Source of the DNA: the human T2T-CHM13v2.0 reference genome, Homo sapiens
DNA: 64,000 bases
Assembly: GCF_009914755.1 (NCBI RefSeq)
Contig: NC_060931.1
Reading direction: 5' to 3' (one strand)
Every line of letters begins with the position of its first letter. Position 1 is the stretch's first letter. This document shows positions 25,971-40,039 of this stretch, one piece after another. The position numbers and the translations under genes were made by a program. The notes beneath the pieces were generated by a model. That model was not told the origin of the DNA. It did not search any database and saw only the letters and a program-made list of their open reading frames with translations.

Positions 25971-28900
25971 GGGGAGATCAATACAAATGGCAGAATAAGG
26001 AACTCCAAAAATTACCTCCTTCATAAAAGTCATGAGGAAAAGTGTAGAAATTATCAGAAAAAACATTTCCAGAACTCAAACTCAAAATTAATCAAATACA
26101 GCAATCCAGAAAACATTTATTCTAGAAAAACAACTGGATCTGATTTATGGGTTGATTGTGTCCTCCCTCTCTTATTAATATGTTGAAGTCCTAATCTCCA
26201 GTACTTCAGGATATAAACTTATTTAGAAATAGTCTTTACTGAGGAAGTCAGGTTAAAATGAAGTCATCAGGCTGAGTACAAATCCAATATGACTGATCTC
26301 CTTATAAAAAGGGGAAATTTGGAAACACAGACAAATACAGAGGGAAGAGGATACAGAGTGATAGGGAAAAGATGGCAATCTAAAAGCCAAAGACAAATAT
26401 CTGGAACAGATTCTTTCTTCAAAGTCTTCAGAAGAAACCAACTCTGCCAATACTTTGATTTTTGATTTCTAGCCTCTATAACTGTAAGACAATAATTTCT
26501 ATTGTTTAAGCCACCCTGTCTGTGGTTCTTTTGTTCCAGCATCCCTAAGGAACTAATTAAAATCAGTAGGAACAGTGAGCTTGTAGTATTTTAACGTGCC
26601 TGATTCCCATGCCTCCTTCTCCAGCTCTGCAATAAGGAGCCATGACAACCAACAGTTTACAATCACAGTGAGAACCAGCAGCCTGGCAGCCAATGAAGGG
26701 GGCAGGCATGGTAAGAATGCCTTCAAAGCCTCCCTCCCAGAGTACTATCAGTATGCGAACTGTCAGTCAACATCCTGGAAGACCTCGTATTAAAGGCTGC
26801 CCGTACTTGACCTGATTTGGACTTTGCCTACTGCACAAAGCCTTTTCCCCAAAAGAATTCGTTAAAAACAATTAGAGGCCCTCATTTAACTTTGTGACTG
26901 CCTGATACACTGAGCAACAATTGGGGAAAACAATAGGTTAACCAAAAACCTTAAGAGGAAAAGCTGGGGAATGTCATATCCACAGGAACTTTGACTTGTT
27001 CTGAACATTCCTGAAAAAGTTAGCAGGACACATGCATGCAAAAGACTGTGTACATGCCCAGAACAATCTGTATTCTCAGTAAAGATGAAGAGGCCTTAAG
27101 TTCTCTCTTTTGGCTGAAATTGAGGTTCTGCACGGCATAAAGTGAATGATAAGGTAGAGTTGCCAACTATCTGAAAGGTACGTCACAACGTGCACAAAGA
27201 CACCCTCAGCAAAGACTAGGAGACTAACTAGTTCAAGATGTTTAATGAAAACTCTGTCCAATCATTAGCCTAACTAAGCTAATTAAGCAGAGATTTCAGT
27301 GGTTATGGGATAAAGAATACATAACTTACACAATTAGTTCAGAAACTCACTGAACAAATACACGATATCAGCAAACAGCAACAACATCACACTCTGGGAA
27401 GTAGAAAGAATCTTATTTCCAGTGTTGCTATGTTATATTATTATAAATGTCAAGTTTTCAACTAAAAATATGAGACATGCAGAAACCCAAGAAAATATGG
27501 CCATATGCATAAAAAGGTAGCCCACTGAAACAGACTCCAAGGAAGGCCAAATATTGGAGAAAGATCATTAGGTTGAACTTACTGGATAAATATTTTAAGT
27601 TAGATATTTTATATATGATCAAAGAAAACCATGTCTAAATGTAATAAAGAATGTATGATATTCCAAGTAGAAGATATCAATAAAGATAGAAAAATTATTT
27701 TTAATAAACTGCAGATTAAACAGTACAATAACTGAAATGGGAAATTAACTAGAAGGAATCAATAGCAAACTGAGAAGGCAGAAGAATCTGCAAACTTGAA
27801 GATAGGTCAACATGGGATTACCCAGTCTGAGAAAAAGAAAAAAAGAATAAAGATCAATAACTCAGAGACCTGTGAAAAACCATTAAGCATATCAATGTAT
27901 GCATAATCAGAGTCCTGAAGGAGGGGAGAGAGAGAAAAAGAATTTTTTTAATAATCGCAAAAAATCCCAAATTTGATTGAAAACATGAATCCACGTATCC
28001 AAGAATTCAATTAACTCCAATTATGATAAACTTAAAGGAAATCCATAGCCAGACACATCATAATCAAACTGACAAAATCCATAAACAAGGAGATAATCTT
28101 GACAGTAGCAAGAGAGAAGCAACTTATCCCACACAAGTAACCTTTGATTAATAGTTTCTCATAAAAAGTCATAATGAAATAGAAAGTCTGAATAGGCCTT
28201 AAATGAGTGATTAAACTGGTAATCAAAAAACCTCCCAAAAGGAAAAGTCCAGCACCAAATGAATTCACTGGTGAATTTTACCAAACAATTAACAGAATTA
28301 ACAACAATCCTTCACAAACTCTTCCAAAAGATAGAAGAGGAGGTCATTACATACCAACTTGTTCTATGAAGCCAAAATCAAAGGCATCACAAGAAATTTA
28401 CAGACCAATTTTCCTTATGAACATAGCCATAAAAATCCTAAAAACACTAGCAACCAAATCTAGCAACATAAGAAAGGATTATACATCATAATCAACTGGA
28501 ATTTATCCCAGGAATGCAAAGCAAGTTCAAAATACAAAAATCAATGTGATGCATCATATTAACAAGATAAAGAACAAAAAACACATTATCGTCGCCATAC
28601 ATGGAGAAAAAGCATTTAGCAAAATTCAACCCCTTTCACAATAAAAGAACTCAACAAACTAGGAATTGAGGGGAACTCCCTAAACCTGATAAAGGGCATC
28701 TACAAAAAACTCACAGATAACATCATACTTAAGGGTGAAAACTTATATCAGTTTTACACAACATCAGTATGAAAATATCAATTGTGTTTCTTTATGCTAG
28801 CAATGAACAATCCAAAAACTAACTAAATAAAACCATTCATTTACAATAGCATTGAAAGTAATAAAATATTTAGGAGTAAATTTAACAGAAGAAATGTAAC

Positions 28901-30416
28901 ACTTGCATACTGAAAACTATAAAATATAATTGAGGGAAATTAAAGATCTAAATAAATTGAAATAATGGAAAGACCCCCCAAGTTCATAGATTGAAAGACT
29001 TAATATTGTTAAGGCGACAATACTCCTAAAATTGATCTACAGATTCAATGAAATCCCTGTTAAAATCTCAATAGACTTTTTTGCAGAAATTGACAAGCTG
29101 ATTCTAGAATTAATATGGAATTGCAAGGGACCCAGGGAAGACAAAGCAATCTTGAAAAGAACAAATTTGAAGGACTCACACTTAATGATTTCAAAACTTA
29201 TTATAAGCAACAATAATCAAGATAGCAAAGTATCAGCATAAGAACAGACATATAAATCAATGGTATAGAATTTAAAGCCCAAAAATAAACCCATACATCT
29301 GGGGCCAACTGCTTTTCAATACGAGTGCCAAGCCAATTGCAAAGAAAAAGAATAATCGCTTCAACAAATGGTGATAAAACAACTCGATAGCCATGTGCTA
29401 AAGAATGAGCATGACCTCTACCTTGCACCATATGCAAAAATTAATTCAAAATAGATCAGAGGCCTAAATGTCAGAGTTAAAACTACAACATTCTTATAAA
29501 GAAACATAGGAATAACACTTTGTGACCAGTGATTAGGCAATAATTTCTTAGATATGATACCTGAAGCACCAGCACCAAATAAAAAATAGAAATTAGACTT
29601 CTTTATCAAAGTTTAAAACATATGCTTCAAAGAACACATTAAGAAAGTGAAAACACAATCCACTGAATGGGAAAAATATTTGCAAATCATGTATCCAATA
29701 TATAGAATATATAAAGAACTCTATAATTCAACAACAAAAAGAAAACCACCAAATTTAAAAATGGGCAAAGGACTTGAATAGGCATTTCTACAAATGACAT
29801 ATCCATACAGCCACAAAGCACATGAAGAGTTACAACATCATTAGTCATTAGGGAAATGCAAATCAAAACCACAATGATACCAGTTTACACATACTAGGAT
29901 AGCTATAAAAAAAGAAGATGGATAATAACAATGTTTAGGATATTGGAAAATCTGAACCCTCATACATTGCTGGTGTGAAAGTAAAATAGCTTAGGCTCTT
30001 TAAAAAATAGTTTGGCAGCTCCTCAAAATATTAAACATAGAGTTACTCATAGGTAGAGAAGTGAGTATTATCCCACCCTAAAAAGGAATGAAGTATTGAT
30101 GCACTCTATAACATGGCTGAACCTCAAAAACATCATACTAAGTGAAAGACAGACACAAAAGGGCACATAGTGTATGACTCCATTTATATGAAATTTCCAG
30201 AACAGGCAAACCTATAGAGACAGAAAGTAGATAAGTAGTTTTCAGGGCTGAAGAATGATTGCATAATGGATTAGGTCTTTCTTTTTGGGGTGATGAAAAT
30301 GTTGTAAAATTACATAGGGGCAATGGTTGCCTAATCTTGTCAATATACTAAAAACAATTGAATTGTGCACTTTAAAGGAAGAATTTTATGGCATGTGAAT
30401 TTGCCACAACTTAAAA
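25971..30416 (+). mobile_element. L1MB-type LINE-1 with internal deletions
   Basis: 5' AAATGGCAGAATAAGGAACT, ORF1/ORF2 remnants (IYRFNEIPVKI) and 3'UTR GGGGTGATGAAAATGTT. Confidence 0.8.
26143..26557 (+). mobile_element. MaLR LTR (MLT1-type)
   Basis: TATGGGTTGATTGTGTC..ATATGTTGAAGTCCTAA...TTGTTTAAGCCACCC..AACTAAT. Confidence 0.8.
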
Positions 30417-30798
30417 ACCACCAAAACAAGTTGTAGTTGCCATACTTCATGTGACTACTGCAAATCTTTGAATCCAAAATATGTATGATTTGTATTACCA
30501 TATTTGCACTATATACATTTAATATTATAGCTAATTATTATATAATAAAAATCCACACAGGCAACTTTAGATAACTTTTAGAAATAATTATTCTTTGTAC
30601 ACTTATGTAGTTATAGCATATAGTATTAGAACTGGATGAGTCTAACCATATGCAAACAACTTTAATCCACTTCTGTAGAAAGAAAAGGGCCTTAGGAGAC
30701 TAGGATAAATGAAGAGCATTAGCCTTTTGGAGAAGACTGATAAATTTAAACAAATGCTAATAACTTTTAAAAATTAGTGAAAATATATTTATGAATAC

Positions 30799-30879
30799 CT
30801 GGAAAACTTGTTGATCCCACTATTTTCACTGAATCTTTGGTCAAGCGAAAAGCTCTTGGTAATCGAACCAAGTGTCCAA
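30799..30879 (-). CDS. ZPBP: ZPBP coding exon 2 (81 bp)
   Basis: Acceptor TTTTTTTTTGATAG and donor CAG|GTATTC. Translates (V)[26 protein letters not shown] in phase with exons 1 and 3. Not in the ORF track. Confidence 0.95.
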
Positions 30880-31273
30880 CTATCAAAAAAAAAGATCAAC
30901 AATTTGTCTCATTAGATATTCTAAAATATTCAAATATACTATTACAGTATCTTTGGTATTGGTTGAAGGGGAGAGCCATAATTCAATCTCCTCTGACAGT
31001 TGATATCACTGTTCCAACTCTATTCCCCCTCAGATGATCTGATAAATTTAATCTACGTACTGCTTCTCCATATTATATCTCACCTCTGATTTTTTCTAAA
31101 GCCATTTAGAATAATCTCTTCATTATTAGAAGTTCAAATCTCCCACCATTCAAGACCCAAATCACAAGTCCCTTCTCCTTCAAACCTCGTTTGTCCTTAG
31201 CACTTCTTATCTGCCACAGTACATCACCAGCACCTTTTTAATAACACTCATTCTACATTGTACTATAGTTCTT

Positions 31274-32740
31274 TGTTTTTAATTTCCTTAAGTTTTGGAG
31301 GAACAGGTGGTATTCGGTTACATAAATTCTTTAGTAAGGATTTTTGAGATTTTGGTATACCCATCACATAATAAACACTAAACCCAATTTGTAGTCTTTT
31401 ATCCCTCACCCCCATCCCACCGTTTCTCCCACCCCCGAGTCCCCAAAGACCATTGTATCATTCTCATGCCTTTGCATCCTCATAGCTTAGCTCCCACTTA
31501 TAAATGAGAACATATAATGTTTGGTTTTGCATTCCTGAGTTACTTCACTTAGAATAATAGTCTCCAATCCCATCCAGGTTGCTGCAAGTGCCATTAATCC
31601 ATTCCTTTTTATAGTTGAGTAGTATTCCATATATATATTTATGTTTGTGTGTGTGTGTATATGAGTGTATATATATGTGTATATATGTGTATATATATGT
31701 GTGTATATATGTGTGTATATATATGCATATATATGTGTATATATTTGTGTATATATATGCGTATATATGCGTATATGTGTATATATGTGTATATATATAT
31801 ACACACACACACGCGCACACACACACATATATATATACACATATACCATACACCACAGTTTCTTTATCCACTCATTGACTGATGGGCATTTGGGCTGGTT
31901 CCATGTTTTTGCAACTGTGAATTGTGCTGCTATCAACGTGTGTGTGCAAGTACCTTTTTCATATAATGACTTATTTTCCTCCGGGTAGACACCAGTAGTT
32001 GGACTGCTGGATCCAGTGGTAGTTCTACTTTCAGTTCTTTAGGGAATCTCCACAATTTTCCATAGTGGTTGTACTAGTTTACATTCCCACCAGCAGTGTA
32101 GAAGTGTTCCCTTTTCACTGCATCCACACCAACATCTATTTTTTTTTTTATTTTTTGATTATGGCCATTCTTGCGAGAGTAAGGTGGTATCACATTGTGG
32201 TTTTGATTTGCATTTCTCTGATAACTAGTGATGTTGAGCATTTTTTCATATGTTTGTTGGCCATTTGTATATCTTCTTTTGAGAACTGCCTATTCATGTC
32301 CTTAGCCCACTTTTTGATGGGATTGTTGGGGTTTTTTTTCATGCTAATTTGTTTGAGTTCCTTGTAGATTCTAGATATAGATTCCAGATATTAGTCCTTT
32401 GCCAGATGTATATATTGTGAAGGTTTTCTCCCATTCTGTGGGTTGTCTGTTTACTCTGCTGACTGTTCCGTTTGCTGTGCAAAAGCTCTTTAGTTTAATT
32501 AAGTCCGACATATTTGTCCTTGTTTTTGTTGCATTTGCTTTTGGGTTCTTGGACATGAAATCTTTGCCTAAATGGTGCTGGGATAATTGGAAAGCCACAT
32601 GCAGAAGAATGAAACTGGATCCTCATCTCTCACCTTACATAAAAATCAACTCAAGATGAATTAAGGACTTAAATCTAGGACCTGAAACTATAAAAATTCT
32701 AGAAGATAATATCAGAAAAACCCTTGTAGACATCGGCTTA
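31274..32740 (-). mobile_element. 5'-inverted (twin-primed) L1PB
   Basis: Minus-strand 3' body 31274 to about 32570 and plus-strand inverted piece about 32571-32740. 13-bp TSD TACTATAGTTCTT at 31261-31273 and 32741-32753. Confidence 0.9.
31629..31850. repeat. (TA/TG/CA)n compound microsatellite within L1PB
   Basis: Direct inspection. It produces the spurious Y/I/H/T and V/C/Y/I ORFs. Confidence 0.95.
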
Positions 32741-33019
32741 TACTATAGTTCTTGATACACACATACCATTTTCCTTATTAGATTATAAGCTCCATTGATA
32801 GTGGGATCAATGTTTATGTTAACTTATCAAGAATCAGTATCAAACACTATACCTTGCACATTGTAAATATTAAATAATAATTGTGAAACATATTCTGATA
32901 GTCTTCATTGTTAAATGAGCAAATGTGATGGGCATAATAGTGTGAGGGGCAGTATAAAAATGCAATAAAGCATTATACCCAAATAGCCTTTAGCAGACAG
33001 GAATAGCAAAGTGCAAAGA

Positions 33020-33220
33020 AAAGGATGTGGTATCAAAGCCAGAGGACTTGAGTTTAAATCCTAATTCTGCCACTTACTGGTTTTAGGAAAATCACTTTAA
33101 ACTCTAGGAGCTTCAGTTTTCTTATATGTAAAATGGGACTAATAATAATTCCATCCTTACAGTTACTGTAGAAAATGAGAATACTGTATAAATTGTAAAA
33201 TGCTATATAAGAGGCCTTCA
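33020..33220 (+). mobile_element. MIR
   Basis: Core motif TTTAAATCCTAATTCTGCCACTTACT...CTTCAGTTTTCTTATATGTAAAATGGG. Confidence 0.75.
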
Positions 33221-33825
33221 CTATTCATCACTTACAAGATACTAACTGCTTATTCTATTTCTTATATCTCATAGGTCTAATCTTATTATTTCATCAAAAG
33301 ATCACCAGGTAAAAATTTAAAATAAAAACCCTTTCACACCTAATACACGACCACGACCCATATCCAAGAAGCATCTTTCTCCTACATGGCAATTGATGGC
33401 TATCGGCTATTCATATACTTATAGAAGAATAATCTTTGGATTCCTGATGCCTGGACTTTGATTTTTAAATCTCTATTCACTCCATTTGTTTCCTTTCTCC
33501 TCCCCTATCCCCTACCTACCTCCACAATCCTTTTACATTTATATTCTTGGAGGACTTCTTTTTTTCATTATTCCTTATTTGAACAACTTTTTTCATTTGA
33601 AGCAAATCTCTGTGATTTTATCAATTTTGGGTCTAGAATTTTGAGTCTAGAATGCAGCCAAAACCTTTCTAGTTAAATAACAGTTCAATTAAACTTTCAC
33701 ATCCTTCGTCAGTGTTTGTTCATCAGTATCTTAAATGTATTTTTAAAACAGTATAGAAAAGTACTTCAATTCTTTAGAGGTCAAAACTTTAAAATCGCAT
33801 TATTTCCTGTATTTCACAGCTAAAA

Positions 33826-33841
33826 CCAATAGATGGCGCTC
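33826..33841 (+). promoter_or_regulatory. Candidate CTCF/CTCFL site in ZPBP intron 1
   Basis: CCAATAGATGGCGCTC closely matches the CTCF core CCASYAGRKGGCRS. Motif evidence only. Confidence 0.5.
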
Positions 33842-34129
33842 CACCATCACGGATAATTTGAAAGCAGCAGGTTGCCTATTTGAAAGACACTGAGCTCATC
33901 ATTACAGAGTTCACACACTGAAATGCAAACCTGGCAGATGACCCATGGACTGAATTGGGGAGTTTATCAACAAAGCAATTTAATTGTAAAACTTCAACTG
34001 TGGGTGACGTAGTGATCCATCTATACCTTAATTTCCTGTCATTCACTCCTCTATGCAAATGCAGAGTGACTTTGTACGACTTCCATAAAAAATAAGCCTT
34101 TCTTGTCACGTATTAGTGAGCAAGGTGTC

Positions 34130-34600
34130 TCTATATAAAACGGATGCACGTGACACAAGAAAAGGCAATTCGAAGAGTGGGGGAAGCTGCGGTTGTCCCT
34201 GCGGAGCCGGCAGGGCGGCGCGGACCCTCACCTGATGAGGGCACCCGCACCAGGAAGGCGGAGATAAAGAGGAGGATGGCGGCCCGAGAGAGCAGGGAGC
34301 CGGCGGCCCGGGTCCGCCGCCTGCCCCGCCGCGCTGGGCCAAGGGCGAAGGCCTCCATCCACACGCCGCCGTCGCCTGCCCACCGTCCGCGCGGAAGGTC
34401 GTTAGGCAACGCGCGCCCACCTGCAGCCGGAAGTTGGCGGGCGGAGGACCGGAACAACGGACCTGATGGACGTGCTCCCATTTCCGCCGGGGTGGTAGAC
34501 TAGGGGTCAGCCTGTGTCTCCACATAGCTGGTGGGGCCTACACGCGCCAACTGTGCTGTGCAGCCCCCGGGCCTTCCGGACAACACAGCCACGCAGGGCA
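34130..34600. promoter_or_regulatory. CpG island / ZPBP promoter
   Basis: The only GC- and CpG-dense stretch in an AT-rich window, overlapping ZPBP exon 1. Contains ETS/GABP CCGGAAGT (34427-34434), X-box-like GTCGTTAGGCAAC (34398-34410), MYB-like CAACGG (34455-34460) and E-box GCACGTGAC (34146-34154). Confidence 0.85.
34232..34358 (-). CDS. ZPBP: ZPBP coding exon 1 (signal peptide region)
   Basis: ATG at 34358 reads [42 protein letters not shown], matching the recalled ZPBP N-terminus. It ends at donor CAG|GTGAGG (GT at 34231-34230), phase 1. Confidence 0.96.
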
Positions 34601-35040
34601 TCCTCAAGAACATCAGTGATTTGTCCAAGATCCTAGAGCTGAGAGAGAATCGTTGGGCCCCAAATCCCGTGCTTTTACCTTTGCATAGCGTTTATGATCG
34701 AAAAGCCCTTTTTATGAGCCAGGTGGTAGATGTGGGGCCCAGTTTCGAACAACAGATAGTGAGAATGCATGAGTTAAGACGTGTAAAGCCCTCAGTGGAC
34801 TGCTTTGATCTAGTAATGTCAGCAGATAGTATTTTATGGATGTGTGGAACTTAATTGGGAGATAAATGCAATACACACTTAGTGGGAATTAAAGGTAAGT
34901 AAGGCCTTTAGCCTCAGAAAGAAGCTTGATGGAAGGACAGAGGAAATAACCATAGATGAAATTTACTTTCTAAAATAGACCGGAAGATCATCTTATAGTG
35001 TCACCTAAATTCAGCAAAACATACAAAACCATCTATCCTG

Positions 35041-35568
35041 TGTGGGAGACCAGAATATACCTTCTCAAATATGAAGGATTGCTGCCCTGAAGACAAGAAC
35101 CAGCAGATGCAGGAGAGCTGTCCACCTGCCCTCTTTTTACCCAGAAGCAAGACATAGATTAGAAAGAGAAAAGGTATCCTGCCCCACTCCTTTACCAGGG
35201 AGAACAAAGGTTAACCACTGAAGACAGCGTCAGACCCTCATTAGCCTTGAAATGATATCAGAGGAATTAATATTAGCTTTTTTTAAACCATCTTTTGTCT
35301 GCTATTTGTTTGCTTAGCCCAAGTTACTGCCTGTAGAGACTCAGAGTCCTTTTCCTTTGTCACATCTCTAAAAATTTCCTAGTCTTTGTTGAAGATGCTA
35401 TACAAGCTGGAATTCAAAGACGCTTCTTTGAGAACTACTCATTCTCTGGGTGTTCCTCATATATAAATGAAATATATTAATAAACATCTGTTTTTCTCTT
35501 GTTAATCTGTCTCTTGTAAAGGATCCATTCTAAGTACAAAGTTATGGGGGTTATTATTTTCCCATACA
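35041..35568 (+). mobile_element. ERV1 solo LTR (MER34-like) between ZPBP and SPMIP7
   Basis: TGTGGGAGACCAGAATAT...CCCATACA termini, TATA-like GCTATACAAGC near 35397 and AATAAA near 35479. Confidence 0.7.
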
Positions 35569-36355
35569 CAGCCTAAGAGGCCATTTATAGCTAGAACTTG
35601 TTTTAGAGAAATTGAAAGAGACTCATGCCTCTACTTTTCTGCTGCTGGAAGGATTTACTTAATGGGAGCAGAGCTGTGATAGAAATAAATCTTAAGCAGT
35701 TGGTTTAAATACATTGAAGAATGAAGTTTGAGCAACTAAATGTAGAATGCCTAATTACAAGTGAGTTATCACTTTTGATATGAAGAAATGAGTGATCATG
35801 GGTGGACTAAAAACTGTCACTTGATATGCTATGATCTGGATGAAGGATTTAAAACTGACAGCCTAACCACCTAATTTAATCTCACTTGTTTAATAGTATA
35901 TCTCAAAATTGTAAAGACTTTCAACGGGGCATAGGCATTCTGATTGTACCAAACATATCACCCTTGACAGTTGGCCTGATTAACGATTATGTGCCTGACT
36001 CTTCAAAGCTAGAATCTTGCCTGTTTTAACATTTTTGCTGCAGTAAGGATGATGTGAACTTTTACCCCAAATTCTAATATTTGCATTTCCTCTTATAGTA
36101 GTTCATGCAAGATGAAATTAACCAGGTGAAAGAGCTTTTAAGTGAACCAATACATTAGTGATTTAAATGATATTTTGTGTGTAGACAGTTAACTGATACC
36201 CGTTTTGGTTTCCTAAAATGAACTTAAAACTCTTACTGTTCTTACTCTGGACACCATGGCAAATTTAAGGGAAGTAAAGATAATTTAGGGCATGTAAAGA
36301 TGTACCTGTACTTTCATTATAATTTTCTGTTTTTCTTAAAAATTAGATATACTAG

Positions 36356-36647
<292 letters not shown>

Positions 36648-36996
36648 TTAGATGTACCAATTTAACTTTAGTAATGTTTATATTTTGTAGTGCATTTAGA
36701 TTTACATTTAATTAGATAGCAAGTGTTATATATATAAATACTTAATTGTAGTCACATATATACTTTTGGGAAATGTATTGTCACTGAATTAACTGCTTTA
36801 TTTACACTCCTTAAATATATTTTATACCCATAAAATACCAACTTATGGAAAAATTTTAAAATAAGTAAATGAACACAGCTTTCCTGAGCACTGGGGAGAA
36901 AAGTATCATGGAAATATTAGTACCAAGGCTATTTTTGTTTTTCTTAAGAATTGTGATGTACATAATAAATGGTTCAATGTGTTAAGAATTCTAGCC

Positions 36997-37009
36997 GTTG
37001 CCAGGCAAC
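36997..37009. promoter_or_regulatory. RFX X-box upstream of SPMIP7
   Basis: GTTGCCAGGCAAC, a near-palindromic consensus X-box about 240 bp upstream of the ATG at 37251. Confidence 0.7.
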
Positions 37010-37223
37010 AAGGGCTCTGCTTTATTCTCCTTATGTCATGTTCCTTCATTGCCCTATTCTTCCTTTGGTGGAGGAAAATATTTGCCTTAAAAAGAAAAAC
37101 AAAATTATCTGCCAACATTTAGAAAGCTGTGTCAATTTTATACTAGTTTAACACAGATCTTTAGTTATTGGCAATAGAGTTTATATAGTTAAATATAAAG
37201 GAATTATCAGAAATACTTTATAG

Positions 37224-37808
<585 letters not shown>

Positions 37809-38796
37809 TGAAGTGACATGAACTTTCTATTTTTTAAATGCTCAAGGGAAGAGAGTATGGACATAAGATTCAATATTTAGGCAGTTAAATTAACAAAATT
37901 ACAATGATCTGAAAAAGGTTTTATTTTTAAATTACAGATTATAAGAAACAAAGGAATGATAAACCTTATAAACTTATTTGTAAAAGAAAATTTATTCTTT
38001 AAGAAAAGAACATTCATTAGTGATTAACACAAAGTATATAACATTATTTATTCTAGATATATGGATAAGCTTGTTTTACCACAGGGGAATTTATGTATCA
38101 CTTTGATAATTGTATAGAAATCCTCCTTATCTGTCTCTCTCCTTTGAAAGAATGAATTCACTGATATTATGAAAGAGTTAGTTTTAAGGATTGAAATAAA
38201 ATGGGAAAAATTTAAGTACTTGAACGTACATGTTTTGGCTCCAATAAGAACAGAAGCTGAAATGAAGCAAACTCTGCATAAATAGCTCCACAGCCATGGA
38301 GGCAGGTTTGATGACCTCTTACTGACATCTGCACCATGTGGTTTCTCTGTAAGAACTCCTGTAAATGGAGTTCCTCTAAATGATGAGAAACACCTCCAAA
38401 GGAAAGCCACAGGTACTATTTTCTGTATAAAAGCTGTCTGGCAGGCAGGAATGTAAAAAGATCAACATTTTTAGCGTCGGAAAAGGAAAGGGCCAAATGC
38501 TATAGGAAGAAGACTTTTAAACATTATTCTAAGAAATTATAGGTTGAAGAAATGGCTTAGCAAAGCTAACATAGGGCTAAAATGGTGTTAACAGACTTTG
38601 TACCACCAAGTCAGAACCAAGTATAGAGCTCATCTGTCCCATGTATTTCACTGCCTGAATCAGTGAAACAGAGGAGTTTAGAGAACAGGCTTTAGACTCA
38701 GACTGTCTGGCCTTGAGCTCTGGCAAAAACTCAGTTGCTGTACGACCCAGGGCTAGTTACTATTCTCTTTATGCCTGTGTATCCTTACTTGTAAAA

Positions 38797-38916
38797 CTCA
38801 CCTAAGAGTAAAACTTCATAAGATAATAAGTAAGGGTCATTTTATGTTAAAAAAAAAAAAAAAAACTCACCTAAGAGTGAAACTTCGTAAGATAATAAGT
38901 AAGGGCCATTTTATGT
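38797..38916 (+). repeat. 51-bp direct duplication separated by A17, within a MIR
   Basis: CTCACCTAAGAG...ATTTTATGT at 38797-38847 and 38866-38916, 3 mismatches. Confidence 0.92.
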
Positions 38917-39671
38917 AAAAATACCTAAAATAAAGAATAAATGTCAGATTGTAAGAAGTCCAAAATTTTCAGTTTCTTCATACATAAATTAGGAATAATC
39001 TTACTTCTTTTATACATTTGTAAGAATCAAATGAATTAACACTTGTAAAGTGCTTAGCAGAATCCCTGAAACCTGATAAAACATTTCATTAATAGTAGCT
39101 CTTATTATTAACTATTAAGAGTTTCAAAAAGTAATACCTGCAATTTGGGGACAGAGTTCAATATAATTTGTCCTAGGCTTTCAATGACTTTGTACATCCT
39201 GGAAACAATTAATTGTAAATGATAAGTACTTTCAGGATTTAACAAACCTAAATACACGTTATTTCTAATACATTCTCATAAAGACGGTCATTTCAGAATT
39301 AATTACATCACACACTGGTATGCTCTTCAGTGGACTTTCACAAATATCAAAGAAAAATCATAAAATATTATATTGCTGATTTCTACTTGCCCCATTCCAA
39401 ACCTGTGTAGACCTTTTACTGAGTTTAGTACTTCCTTTCTTGATCCGGTTGTCTCTCTTTATCATCTACCAATTAACAATTCTAAACTTATTCTAATTAC
39501 ATTCAGATCCTTTATAGTACTCTGCCTCTCATTGCAGTAGATGATCCAGTCTTTGTTATCACAGAAGAGATAGACCTCATCTATTGTCACTTCCTTGATT
39601 GTCCTCCACTTTGGCCTCCTGATATCAATATTGATACCACTTTGTATGTCTTTCTATCTTTTTTTAAACCA

Positions 39672-40032
39672 TTGTATTAAGTCACTTTGCATGACAAAAT
39701 ACTAAAGGCTGGGTGGCTGAAACAACAGATAATTGTTTCTCATAGTTCTAGAGGCTGGGAAGCCAAGAATCATGGAATTGGTATATTTGATTGCTGGTAA
39801 AGACCTTCTTTCTAGTTTATAGAAGGCATCTTTTTCCTTGCATCCTCAGAGAGAGAGAGAGAGAGCTCTAGTCTCCCTTCCTCTACTTAACACTAATGCC
39901 ATCATGGAGGTCTTACCTTATTTGCCTCATCTAAAGCTAATTACCTCCCGAAGTCTTCACCTCCAAATAACATCACATTGGGAGTTAGGCTTCAACACAC
40001 GAATCTGGGGGGGGATACAGACATTCACCACA
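39672..40032 (-). mobile_element. MaLR LTR (MLT1A-like)
   Basis: CTGGGTGGCTGAAACAACAG..TTTCTCATAGTTCTAGAGGCTGGGAAG..CATCACATTGGGAGTTAGG. Confidence 0.8.
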
Positions 40033-40039
40033 ACCATCT

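Noticed and set aside
31487-31988. Cluster of overlapping ORFs rich in Y/I/H/T/V/C
   Set aside because: Translations of a dinucleotide microsatellite inside an L1PB.
34106-34854. Several 107-139 aa ORFs over and beside the CpG island
   Set aside because: Stop codons are scarce in GC-rich DNA. Only the ZPBP exon 1 frame has splice and homology support.
38048-38410. 120-aa minus-strand ORF in SPMIP7 intron 1
   Set aside because: Non-ATG start, no recognisable homology and no splice support.
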